Shown piece by piece: positions 9,716-20,007 of a stretch of DNA of 47,637 nt. The DNA lies in assembly GCA_030167865.1 (NCBI GenBank), contig JALAGF010002857.1, positions 1 through 47,637 of the forward strand. The letters are read 5' to 3'. A program made the position numbers and the translations under genes. Source of the stretch: Craspedostauros australis (taxonomy: Eukaryota). Each line of letters starts with the position of its first letter. Position 1 is the first letter of the stretch. The notes beneath the pieces are model-generated. The model saw nothing but the letters and a program-made list of their open reading frames with translations, had not been told where the DNA came from and made no database searches.

Positions 9716-11737
9716 TTACTGTTTGGCCTGAGCTTTCCTGGCTTTCGCGAGATCTAGCTCGCGTCGCTTCCGAAAGGCATGGGCGACCTTGTCCCTTGCG
9801 ACGCCCCACGCGACCTCAAACCACAAGCCTGTCATTGGATTCGTCTTCAGGAACCGTCCCTCCTTCTTGTGTATCGCTGCCACGATCTCTTTGGCTATGT
9901 CATACTTCTCGGCTCGCGAGGCCTTGTCGTACTCCCTGGACTTGTCTATCACCAGGGTACGCAGGAACTGGTTTGCGGGATGCCTCAAGAACCGTCGCCC
10001 CCTTCCCATGAGCACATCGCAGTCAGTGGGAACAATGTCATCAGTCTTGTCACCGCCGCTCACATGGGTTGTGGCGGTGGCAGTTGACCATGTCGATGCT
10101 TCTTCATCGGAGACCGTGGTGCATGACTCTGTTTCGGACACGATGGTGTGGAGCTTGCCCTGTCTCGATTTCCCGTGGCAGGTGGCGGCCTTGGTCATAC
10201 ACGTCCGGATCAGCAGCTGATCGAGATTGCAATTGTTGGAACGCATGATTGAATTGGGAGCCAGGATGCCGCATCCTTCCGCGATCTTGCGTTTGGTGAC
10301 CCAATGCATGTGATCCGAGATCAGGATGTCACCAGCGCTATCTACGAACGGTAGATCTTTGATCGGGACTCCAAACGTCGACAACTGGTGGAGACTGTTC
10401 TGGTAGGTGGATTCCAAATGAATGAGGAATCGATTGCGGATTTCCCCAGCCACGGAGTGCTGGAATTTGTCGGCGGCCGATTCGACGCGGTCATTCTTCT
10501 GGTTGCTAATGTAATGAAATGCCTCCAAACGCACCGGCATCAGATGAGTCATGTGACCGCACCGATACATATAGGGATTAATGTGCTCCTTTGGTGTTCC
10601 TGGCATGACGTCGAACTTGTGTACAGTAATCACACCTTGGCGTTGGAGGTCGTCACAACCGTAGGTTGAAGATGCTATGTACAAGAGGACTTGGACGATT
10701 GCGCAGGTCGAATGGGTATCAACCGTGTTCTTGAAGATCACCATTACAGCCCTCCCTGCTGCGTCAGGTGTGGGCAAGAGCTGGAACTTGCCAATCATGA
10801 GAATGTGGTAGGCTTCTGGGGTCAGATCTGTCAAGCGCAGAGGCCTCCCGAGCGCCTCGACACCGAAGTGAGATAGGATGGCATCGAACCACTGCGTCAG
10901 TTTCTGCGCTGCGCGCTGGGAATCGTAGGCAGCGCTCCTCAGGAACATCTCGCGCATGGGTCTACCTCCCGCATATTCCGGATTGAGTTCCAAAGCCATC
11001 TCGTAGCCACGCTTGCTGGCGATGTTGGATAGCTCGGTTTCCACGTCCTCGAGCTTGGCGCAGATGAACTCCTCGGTCTCCTCCACCAGCGATCTAGTGC
11101 CATGGATATCATCTTCGATCTGCTGACGTTCGAGCATCGCATCCCTGGCCAGCTCATCTGCAGAGATTTGCAATGAGTGCATGGGGTCGCTGAGCTCTAG
11201 GAATGACTGGCGCTGGTGCTGGTGCTGGCGATGATGTGGCGGCGGCGGTGGACCGAGTGGAGTCTCGAGAATGACATCGTTGCCCCCACCATTGCTTGTG
11301 TTGCTTACGTCGATCGCATTTCCATGCCTGTTTCCGCCAAGCGTAGTGTTGATACCTTTGATATCGCAGGTGTGTGAATTGGCGTGATCATTCGCTTCAC
11401 CACCTACGCGTATGTATAGTGCAGACTTCATCTCTTCTGCTTGTTGTGTCGTAGCGCAATTCATGGGCATCACATGATTCATGCAAAGAACTTTGCCGGA
11501 ACCGCTCATGCGATCGAATGCACCACCCTTGCGGCGCGCAACCGGGGGTTGGAGAGGTTCCAATGTCGCCATTGATGACTCGTCTGCTTGGTTCGAGATA
11601 CGCTTAGTCTGGAGGCAAAGCCAGTGATCGGAATGTACAGAGTGGTGTTGTGGTGTGTGTCGGATTCGTGCTTGTGATTGTGAGGCGTTTCTGTTTCTGC
11701 CCAGCGGAGTGGTCCGAGCGAAGCGTGGTGATGGCAT
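9716..11737 (-). CDS. CRAL-TRIO-like + DUF6824-type domain protein, paralog 4
   Basis: 673-aa ORF (true start may be a downstream ATG); same motifs; DVLMGRGRRFLRHPAN...ARDKVAHAFRKRR. Confidence 0.92.
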   Translation of the reverse strand: MPSPRFARTTPLGRNRNASQSQARIRHTPQHHSVHSDHWLCLQTKRISNQADESSMATLEPLQPPVARRKGGAFDRMSGSGKVLCMNHVMPMNCATTQQAEEMKSALYIRVGGEANDHANSHTCDIKGINTTLGGNRHGNAIDVSNTSNGGGNDVILETPLGPPPPPHHRQHQHQRQSFLELSDPMHSLQISADELARDAMLERQQIEDDIHGTRSLVEETEEFICAKLEDVETELSNIASKRGYEMALELNPEYAGGRPMREMFLRSAAYDSQRAAQKLTQWFDAILSHFGVEALGRPLRLTDLTPEAYHILMIGKFQLLPTPDAAGRAVMVIFKNTVDTHSTCAIVQVLLYIASSTYGCDDLQRQGVITVHKFDVMPGTPKEHINPYMYRCGHMTHLMPVRLEAFHYISNQKNDRVESAADKFQHSVAGEIRNRFLIHLESTYQNSLHQLSTFGVPIKDLPFVDSAGDILISDHMHWVTKRKIAEGCGILAPNSIMRSNNCNLDQLLIRTCMTKAATCHGKSRQGKLHTIVSETESCTTVSDEEASTWSTATATTHVSGGDKTDDIVPTDCDVLMGRGRRFLRHPANQFLRTLVIDKSREYDKASRAEKYDIAKEIVAAIHKKEGRFLKTNPMTGLWFEVAWGVARDKVAHAFRKRRELDLAKARKAQAKQ

Positions 11738-12892
11738 AGGTCACGGAGCACGCACCATGGTGCAGAGTGCTGGGTCCACCGGCGCTTCAGAGCCACTCGA
11801 CGCTGCGGTGCGTGGCTTGTCTGCGCCATGCGTTCGTGGTCGTGCAGGTATCGATCTGGTTCGCGCATCCCAACAAACCGCCCCCTCTTGATAAAACTTG
11901 AGAGAGAGTGAGACAGAAACATGGGTACAATTGTCGACACGTCTCGAATTGGCGGAGGATTTTCCGACGATTCTCGTCGATCCCACTTGCGGGATTCAGG
12001 ACCAACATGTTTGCAAAAGGATCACTCACGAAACACGAGTCGCAGCTTCACAGTGAATCTACGAAAGTGCAGTGCCGATACTACTACTGCCTTGATACGA
12101 CTACAGCACCTGCGTTGGACCAAAAGAATCGAAAGGCTCAAGTCAAGCAGAGCAATTCAGCCTGTCGCAATGATGCCCAAGCGGCAGAAAAATCCCCAAT
12201 CCAGCTCATTCTCGATACGATTGCATAGCACCAATAGAGCCCTATTGTGCGAAAGTGCGTTTGTCTGGACAGCTAACTAGAGCGCCTCCAGACGAGTATT
12301 GTCTTCATAAGCATACCAGCCAGGATAAGACACGGTGGAGTGGCCTCATGTTCCGAGGCATGGCATATGTGTAGATTGCTGGTGCATACCTAGCTCGCGT
12401 TCCGTTGCAGAGTATGCGTCGCCAACACAGCGTCCGGCAACGAACCCCGAGTAAAACATCTACGGTGCGCTGCTATTGCTCGTGTTGGCGCGTCTGTACT
12501 GATGCGTGCAGCCTATTGCGGAGTCATGAGATCTCTCGAGAGCAGGTATCGCACAATTGCGAGTCATTTCCCGTTGATGTCGGTGCGATGGCTCGTGCTC
12601 GTGCAGGTACTCGTACGTAGGTCGTATCTGTTCTTTGCACAGGCGCCATGATCCGAGATGTTCCCTGATACCTGTCAGTGTTCACGCGAGCGGACTCTCT
12701 CTGGAAACCACACCTGGGTACTCGTCGCTCGTGCTGTGCTGTTTCAATTATCATCCCCAGTGAAACCATGCAATAACGCGATCACCCAACATTGTAGAGT
12801 CGACATGCGTGGAACTTGTGCTAATGGAACATGGAACTTGTACTCTAACACTGGTGAGTACTCTGGAGTATTCATTCAGTCACATCATCGCA

Positions 12893-14860
12893 TCATTTCT
12901 GCTGTCTAGCCTTGGCTTTCCTGTCTTTCGCAAGGTCCAGCTCGCGTCGCTTTCGGAAGGCATGGGCGACCTTGTCTCGAGCAACACCCCACGCCACCTC
13001 CCACCACAAGCCTGTCGTTGCATTCAACTTCAGGAATCGTCCCCCTTTCTTGTGGATCGCTGCCACGATGTCTTTGGCTATGTCGTACTTGTCGGATCGG
13101 GAGGCTTTGTCGTACTCCCGGGACTTATCTGCCACCATCGTACGCAACAAGTGGTTCGCGGGATGCCTCAAGAATGGCCGCCCCCGCCCCAGGAGCACAT
13201 CATTGTCGGTGGGGGTGATGTTGCCAGTCTTATCATCTCCGCTCGCACGGCTTGTGTTAGCAGTACTTGGCGATGCCGATGTTTCTTCATCGGAGACCGT
13301 GGAACAGGTACTCGACTCGGACATGGAGCTTCCGTGTTGGTTGCCGCGGTCGACCTTGCCACGTTTCGTGGTCCCCTTGATCTTGGCCTTGGTCTTGGCC
13401 TTGGCCATGATGTTGCTCATAGATGTTCGAATCAGCAGCTGATCGAGATTGCATGTGTTGTAGCGCATGATTGAATTGGGAGCCAGGATGCCACATCCTT
13501 CCGCGATCTTGCGTTTGGTGACCCAATGCATGTGGTTCGCAACATGAACACCGCTAGCGCGGCCCGTAAATGGCAGATCTTGGATCGGGACCCCAAACGT
13601 CGATAGCCGATTGAGACTGGTCTGATAGTCGCATTCCAAATGAATGAGGAATCGATTGCGGAGGTCACCGTTGGCGGAATTCTGAAACTTGTGGGCGGCC
13701 GATTCGACGCGACGATTTCTCTGGTTGCCGAGGTAATGGAATGCTTCGAATCGCAACGGCGACAGCTGGTTCAAAGGTCCGATCCTGTACATGCTGGGAC
13801 CAACATGTGTTTGGGGCGTTCCTGGCGCGACCTCCAACTTGTGCACGCTGACGACGCCTCGCCGCTGAAGATCGTCACAGCCGTATACCGAGGATGACAT
13901 GTACAAGAGAACTTGGATGAGAGCATTGGCAGAGAAGGCGTCGATCGTATTCTTGAACAACATCAATACGGACCTTCCCGCGGCATCTGGCTTGGGCAAG
14001 AACTGGAACTTGCCAATCATGAGAATGTGATATGCTTCCGGAGTCAAGTCCGACAAGCGCAGAGGCCTCCCAAGCCCTTCAACGCCGAAATGTGTCAGGA
14101 TAGCATCGAACCATTTCGTCATCTTGTGTGCCGCAATCTGAGGGTCGTAGGCAGCACTCCTCAGGAACATCTCGCGCATGGGTCTGCCTCCAGCATATTC
14201 CGGGTTGATTTCCAACGCCATCTCGTAGCCACGCTTGGCGACGATACTGGATATCTCAGATTCCATGTCATCGAGCTTGACGTACAGGAAGTCCTCAGTC
14301 TCTTCCACAAGCGCTCTGGTGCCATGAATATCATCCTCGATTTGCTGACGTTCGAGCATCCTGTCCTTGGCGAGTTCGTCGGCCGAAACTTGCAATGGGT
14401 CAAGTTGGGGGCTGAAGCCTGGGAAGGCATTTGGCTGCTGTTGTGGCGGCGGTGTTGGGCCGAATGGAACTCCCAAGATGATCTCGTCATCCACATCATT
14501 GGCTGTGTTGCTTACATCGATCGCGTTTCCCTGCCTGTTCCCGCCGATGCCAGTGCCGATCTCGGCATCACAGCTGTGCTCGCATGGATGGTTTTGTCCA
14601 TGCTCCGTATCATGCATGTGTCTTCTTGCTTCAGCATCGACACGTATCTCTGCTGTTTGTACGAGCAGAGTCTCGGAGCAATTCTGGAGCATCTCCAGGC
14701 GGTTGGTGGGCAGGATTTTATTGCCGTCACCCATGTGACCGACTGCGCTGTCCTCGTCACACGCATGCAGTGCATGGTGGGGGTCTGCTGCCACCATCGT
14801 CGATACTTCATCTGCTTTGTCCGAGATGCGTGTGGAAACGGGGAAATGATCGGAGTTCAT
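12893..14860 (-). CDS. CRAL-TRIO-like + DUF6824-type domain protein, paralog 5
   Basis: Long intact ORF (track start 14932 is GTG; first ATG 14860); MFLRSAAYD, SPLRFEAFHY, DVLLGRGRPFLRHPAN...ARDKVAHAFRKRR. Confidence 0.92.
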   Translation of the reverse strand: MNSDHFPVSTRISDKADEVSTMVAADPHHALHACDEDSAVGHMGDGNKILPTNRLEMLQNCSETLLVQTAEIRVDAEARRHMHDTEHGQNHPCEHSCDAEIGTGIGGNRQGNAIDVSNTANDVDDEIILGVPFGPTPPPQQQPNAFPGFSPQLDPLQVSADELAKDRMLERQQIEDDIHGTRALVEETEDFLYVKLDDMESEISSIVAKRGYEMALEINPEYAGGRPMREMFLRSAAYDPQIAAHKMTKWFDAILTHFGVEGLGRPLRLSDLTPEAYHILMIGKFQFLPKPDAAGRSVLMLFKNTIDAFSANALIQVLLYMSSSVYGCDDLQRRGVVSVHKLEVAPGTPQTHVGPSMYRIGPLNQLSPLRFEAFHYLGNQRNRRVESAAHKFQNSANGDLRNRFLIHLECDYQTSLNRLSTFGVPIQDLPFTGRASGVHVANHMHWVTKRKIAEGCGILAPNSIMRYNTCNLDQLLIRTSMSNIMAKAKTKAKIKGTTKRGKVDRGNQHGSSMSESSTCSTVSDEETSASPSTANTSRASGDDKTGNITPTDNDVLLGRGRPFLRHPANHLLRTMVADKSREYDKASRSDKYDIAKDIVAAIHKKGGRFLKLNATTGLWWEVAWGVARDKVAHAFRKRRELDLAKDRKAKARQQK

Positions 14861-15682
14861 GTTTGATGTGGCGTTGGTGTGGTGCGGGGGATGTCGAAGT
14901 GTTGTGTCGGTTGCTGCTTCTCGTCTGTTCACGGTCGGAATGGCAAGGTCATTGTAGGAATCTCTCTCTCACGTGTGTTGGCATCGCCTGTCCAGACCGC
15001 CTCCACAGAGTGCGAGGATGCAGCGTCACTTCGCCTTCGAGTGCGTGGATGGTTTGATCATAGCGGAACGTGGCAGAACAAGGCAGAACATGGCGGTCTC
15101 GTCCTTGTTGCTTTCCCAGCAGCTCCTTTTTCACGCTCCCCACCATGTCAACAACTGCGAGTTTACACAACGTGAACAAAGGTCGCAAGACCAATTGGCA
15201 CTCACGTTGCGCGTTGTGAATCAAATTAATAACTTTGTATCTGTAAATTACCATAACCTACGCTACCACAATGCCCTTCAAGTATGCATTACCACAAGAA
15301 ACACAGAGAAGGTTGCACTTCGCGTTTGGTTGCCGCATGTTTTTATCATCGTGATTGAAACTGCGAACGATGCGGATTGGTCTACTTGGACTCGGAAGAC
15401 AATTGGAGAAAACGGACAGAACATCGACACAAGATGACACAGACCAACAAGCCCCACAAGAAAGACAACCACCACGCAAAATGGCACGATGGTGTGCAAG
15501 GCAGAACCAGCACCACACAACACACCAACATCGACAACAACATCCCCATACCCACGTATGAGTACGACCGCCCATGCTCCGAATACCTGGTACCCTGCAG
15601 ATACACTGAACCAACGCCCACACCACTCTTCTCTGTTCTGCTCTGTTGTATCACCATACATCTTCAATTCCTGGGACATCAG

Positions 15683-16951
15683 ATGGCAGCGCTGAGCTTG
15701 ATGAATGGTTGGGGGCAAGGCCTTCTCATCCCGAACTGCATCGTGACCGCCATGATGGGAGCAACGAGAATGGTGACGGCCGCGATCGCAAGATTTGATG
15801 GTCCGCGCGCCCCCTCACTCTACGCCTCCTCGCCATCGTCGTCAACATCATTATCAACATCGACAACTGGACTGCCATCTCAATCGGTACCGCAAGCTCG
15901 AATTGCGCAGCGCCATCTGTACGACTTCGACTTCCTCGATGCCGGATGCGACACGAGCATCATTCCGTTCGATGAGACGACGAACGTGGACAACCTGCAG
16001 TGGACATATGCGACGAACTATGCGGTCGCTACAACTTCGCTTCTATTCGCGCTGTTGCTGTGGCAGCTGCACCGTCGGCAGCGGCATTCCGGGCCGACAC
16101 CACCACCACCACCATCCGCCAAACCCTCGCCGCGTCCATTCATGGCGGCGGTTTTCTTTTTCATGGCTTTCACATTCGCCACTGCCGGTGTTGGACATCA
16201 GGTGATAACCAGCACTGAGGATGATCTGGAAATTCTGTTCCAGGTGATGACCGTCGGCTCCAGCGTAGTCTACTCATCCATCTTGGCGATAGTCATGATC
16301 TCCATCACCTTCCCGTCCAGGACCGACCCGCAGAACTATGACATGACCACGAAAGCGATCGCTGCTTGGACAGTTGCGCTGCTGGTCGCGATGGGGGCGA
16401 TCCCCTCCTTGATCATGCTGGGTGTCGTTTTCAATGGCGCGGTCTCCCTGTGGGCTCTCGTCGTTTACGCGTCGCAAGCGCTCCGACTGCGAAAGTACGC
16501 CGAGATCATGCACCTGGATGCTGTGAGCACGGAGGAATCGTTGGCACCCTCGACGTCGGTGTCCGTGCCAGAAATCCCCGAGCATCTGGAGGCAGCGAAT
16601 CAAGGCAACGCAGAACAGCATGGTGACACTCCGACGCTGTTACCACAAGCGCAGCAACAGCATCGCGTTGGCGTTGAGCCCGTACGTCGAATCCTCATTC
16701 TGAAATCGCTCGCTCTGTCTGTGATGCTGATCGGTGGTGTTATCCAAGGTGCGCTTTCCGCAACGTGCGGTGCTGGTGGATACGAGGACTGCTTCCGAGA
16801 TTGCCCGCTCCCGACCGATCCCATGATCATCAATCACAACGCTTGGTTCCACATGCTCTTCAATGCTGGGGTGATCATGTGGGGAGTCGCTGAACTGCTG
16901 ATCCCCAGCCAAGGCTCCTGCACGATCTTGATTGAGGCTACCCACAACTGA
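15683..16951 (+). CDS. Multi-pass membrane protein of unknown function with His motifs
   Basis: Long ORF (start uncertain, frame open from 15377). About 7 hydrophobic segments after WTYATNYAVA; AGVGHQ, a Cys-rich loop CGAGGYEDCFRDCPLP and NHNAWFH before the last helix. Confidence 0.8.
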   Translation: MAALSLMNGWGQGLLIPNCIVTAMMGATRMVTAAIARFDGPRAPSLYASSPSSSTSLSTSTTGLPSQSVPQARIAQRHLYDFDFLDAGCDTSIIPFDETTNVDNLQWTYATNYAVATTSLLFALLLWQLHRRQRHSGPTPPPPPSAKPSPRPFMAAVFFFMAFTFATAGVGHQVITSTEDDLEILFQVMTVGSSVVYSSILAIVMISITFPSRTDPQNYDMTTKAIAAWTVALLVAMGAIPSLIMLGVVFNGAVSLWALVVYASQALRLRKYAEIMHLDAVSTEESLAPSTSVSVPEIPEHLEAANQGNAEQHGDTPTLLPQAQQQHRVGVEPVRRILILKSLALSVMLIGGVIQGALSATCGAGGYEDCFRDCPLPTDPMIINHNAWFHMLFNAGVIMWGVAELLIPSQGSCTILIEATHN

Positions 16952-17725
16952 TTCGAAATGGCTGCAACAAGAGTAGAGTGGTGTGAGTAGAATACGTGTA
17001 GATCGTACTCTCGAGTATAATAGTTCGCAGAGTATCCCCATCCACGCCATGGTCTGCGCTGTCGGGGTGCGGCATAAAGATACCACATTGGTAGTACCAT
17101 ATCGAAAATAACGGCAAAATAGAGCAAGATCACAGTCATCGAGAATACGGAGGACAACACTGTGCTTGATGCGAGTAGATCGTACCCAACCCAAGATTGG
17201 GGTTCGACAACACATCACATCACATCGAAGGCAAGCACACGAGGCAGCTTGTACGGAAGTGTATTTACTGGCCGAGCAGCTCGTCGTGTGCGACGCTCAT
17301 AGTACGTAGTCTGTGGTACAGACATGGAACAGATCGGACTGGACGACCTGACCTTGTCCATGTTGTTTGTATTTCGCCGAGTAGCGGTGAGGCTGCATCA
17401 GCATCAACGCGATCTTTTTGATTCCTTTGCCGTCCATTTCGTCACCACACTGCCCCGAAAAACGGTGGCTGCGCCAACCACAGGAAATGTGATCTCAACG
17501 ATACCGAAGAGGGCGCAACAAATGCAGCACAGAATAACACTCTACCACACTATTCGGTGCGGGCAAACCATGACAAGCCACACGAAAGCGGCAGCGGGGG
17601 TTCGTGAATGTTCTTCACTTGGACTCTGACAAGGCGGTCTCCCAACGACAGAGAGAGAGAGATTCGTGCATGCGGATCCACCTGTTCGTCGCTCAAAGTG
17701 AAATAGAGTGGAGGAGAATCGAGTT

Positions 17726-17783
17726 GAGTTGAGTACGATAATTGTATGAGTTGAGTACGATAATTGTATGAGCAGAGTACGAT
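17726..17783. repeat. 22-bp tandem repeat (gagttgagtacgataattgtat x2 + degenerate partial copy)
   Basis: 17726-17747 equals 17748-17769, followed by gagcagagtacgat. Confidence 0.9.
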
Positions 17784-18672
17784 CTGTGGCACTTACGACA
17801 AACCACTATGCTCTGTTTTGTTAGTGTGATTCCCTGAAGTGTGTGCTTTTGGTGCGATACTCTCTGAAGTGAATCTATTATACTGGCAAAGACTCTCTCT
17901 GTCTCTCTCTTTCTCTCTCTTTCTCTGGAGTTGAGTACTTGGCGTACTGCAGAGTACTTTGGAGATGTGCTGGAGCAGCGCTTTGTGTCATTGGAGTTGT
18001 GTGTGTAAAGGAGGACTGCGTTGGTGCATGGCGCGTCTCACTCGTGACTTATCTTCAGTACATCACACAGCGCAGCAGCTGAGACGACAGGAAACAATCG
18101 AGTCCCTAGATGGTAGTTGTTGTACGTGAATCTACGCGAAAGAGAGAACTTCTGCCAGTGATGCCAGCATTCTGACGCCAGCCAAACCAGCAACGCAGAG
18201 AAATGATCGGAAGAGGAAGCGCTGGTTGTCTCCTTCACTCTTTGGTGTTTGCGTGGTAAACCTCCACAATGGTCAAGCCGTTTGCCGCTGTTGAGTTTTG
18301 TAGTTTTGAGATCTTCATGGGAGGAGTTGGATCAGAGCAACAAAGACACTGACTTCCACAGCAGCACACCAGCACACCAGCACACCTGACGCAAAAGTTC
18401 GCACTCACAACAACACCATAATCTACTCTACAAGACACCACTCCACATCGCAAAGCACAAGACACGATCACAGTTCAGAACAAGCACAGTACATTTAACA
18501 CTGACCAGTGCGTGCACTCGCCCCTTTGCTCCATCCCCGGTCCACTGGTGAAGCTCATCCGAGTTGCCTTGGTCCACGTTGCGCCCACATCATCCGCTGT
18601 GCCTTGCTTGGGGTTGGCTGTGCGTTTTCGCATTTGACTTGATCGATTTCGATTGTCATCTTCACCAATATC

Positions 18673-20007
18673 ATGTCAGCCATCAGCGGTGTTGTCAACG
18701 GAGATAGGAGCAGCGGTGGCCGCCGTGCATTTTCCCTGCCCGACCATGATTGCACCCTCTTCGATGACGATGATGGCGTCTTCGCCACCATACTTGGTGG
18801 GAACTTAGGCCAGCGTCTCGGCGCACGCACGAGTGCTTATACGTCAGATTCGCCGCGGATGCCGAATCTACCCTTTCTTGCGGAGGGCGGCTTGAAGGGT
18901 GTGCCGATAACAGCTCCCGTGACCAGCTACGAATACAGTACTCATGGTGATTGTCATTGGCTCGCCCATCCACATGGAGAGGAGCAGGAGGAGTGGTGGC
19001 ACCAGGACGAAAACACGAGTCTGGAGCAGCACCGTGACCCACAGCCAACGACGATACACTCAGCAAGCACAATGCCGCTCGAATTGCTTCGCCCGACTGC
19101 CATACGAACGCCAAGGGCATTACTGACGGCGCCAAGTATCCCAAGCTCATCGCAAATAGAGCTCACTCCTGGCGGCACGAACTTTGGCATCTTTGCACAG
19201 CCTGAGGATGGGTGCGTCAGCGAAAACTCGCGCGACGATCATGCGACGGGCGCAGCGTTGTACACGCGCAGTCGCGCCAAGTTACACACTCCTGTGAGTG
19301 ACACTGATACTTCGTCCTTTCCTTCAGATGTTCCTACTCTCTCTGACCCTTGCCACGTCATGGCAGCCGACACTTCATCTCGTGCGGACTCCGACTTAGG
19401 CATCGACGTGCGCATCGATGTTGAGAGCAACCCCCCAAGACTCCACGGCGAGATCGACAGCACGGATGGCATGGAACGTGCACGACCGATGACGCCGAAG
19501 AAGCGTAGAAACAAGAAGGCATCGCGAAACTCGCATGCTGAGAAGTGGATGGCAAGATTCCGAGATCTCATCCGTTTCAAGAAGCAGCGCGGGCATTGCT
19601 TGGTCCCACTCCTCGATAAAGAAAACTCACAGCTAGCTCACTGGGTGAAGCGACAGCGACGCCAGTTCAAGCTCAAGATGCGCGGTGAAAAAAGTTCGTT
19701 GACCGACGAGAGGCACCGCATGCTGAGTGAGCATGGGTTCGTGTGGGATGCCCATGAGGCGTCTTGGGAGTCTCACCTGCACCAGCTCCAGGAGTTCGTG
19801 TCTATGCACGGGCATGGCAAGATCCCGTCGCGTTATGGTGGGAATTGGTCGCTAGGGGTCTGGGCCAAGTGCCAACGCAGACAGCACCGCCTGTTTCGAA
19901 AGGGGTCGAAGTCGAACTTGTGCCAACAGCGCATCGACACCCTTACAGCGATTGGGTTTGAGTGGAATGTACAAGAGAATTCGGATGACAGCAATAGTGA
20001 GGATTAG
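18673..20007 (+). CDS. Protein with two C-terminal helicase-associated (HA, PF03457-type) domains and no helicase core; putative nucleic-acid-binding regulator
   Basis: W..RF..L..FK...GHC.VP....LAHWVKRQRRQ...LTDER...L...GFVWD followed by a second copy (WESHLHQLQEFVSMHGH..LGVWAKCQRRQ..RIDTLTAIGFEW); basic PKKRRNKK NLS-like patch precedes them. Confidence 0.9.
   Translation: MSAISGVVNGDRSSGGRRAFSLPDHDCTLFDDDDGVFATILGGNLGQRLGARTSAYTSDSPRMPNLPFLAEGGLKGVPITAPVTSYEYSTHGDCHWLAHPHGEEQEEWWHQDENTSLEQHRDPQPTTIHSASTMPLELLRPTAIRTPRALLTAPSIPSSSQIELTPGGTNFGIFAQPEDGCVSENSRDDHATGAALYTRSRAKLHTPVSDTDTSSFPSDVPTLSDPCHVMAADTSSRADSDLGIDVRIDVESNPPRLHGEIDSTDGMERARPMTPKKRRNKKASRNSHAEKWMARFRDLIRFKKQRGHCLVPLLDKENSQLAHWVKRQRRQFKLKMRGEKSSLTDERHRMLSEHGFVWDAHEASWESHLHQLQEFVSMHGHGKIPSRYGGNWSLGVWAKCQRRQHRLFRKGSKSNLCQQRIDTLTAIGFEWNVQENSDDSNSED

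Noticed and set aside
412-14860. Array as a haplotype or assembly artefact
   Set aside because: Copies differ extensively in N-termini, linkers and flanks, far beyond allelic divergence.
17726-17783. Direct repeats as a possible CRISPR array
   Set aside because: Contiguous copies with no spacers, no cas genes, eukaryotic context.
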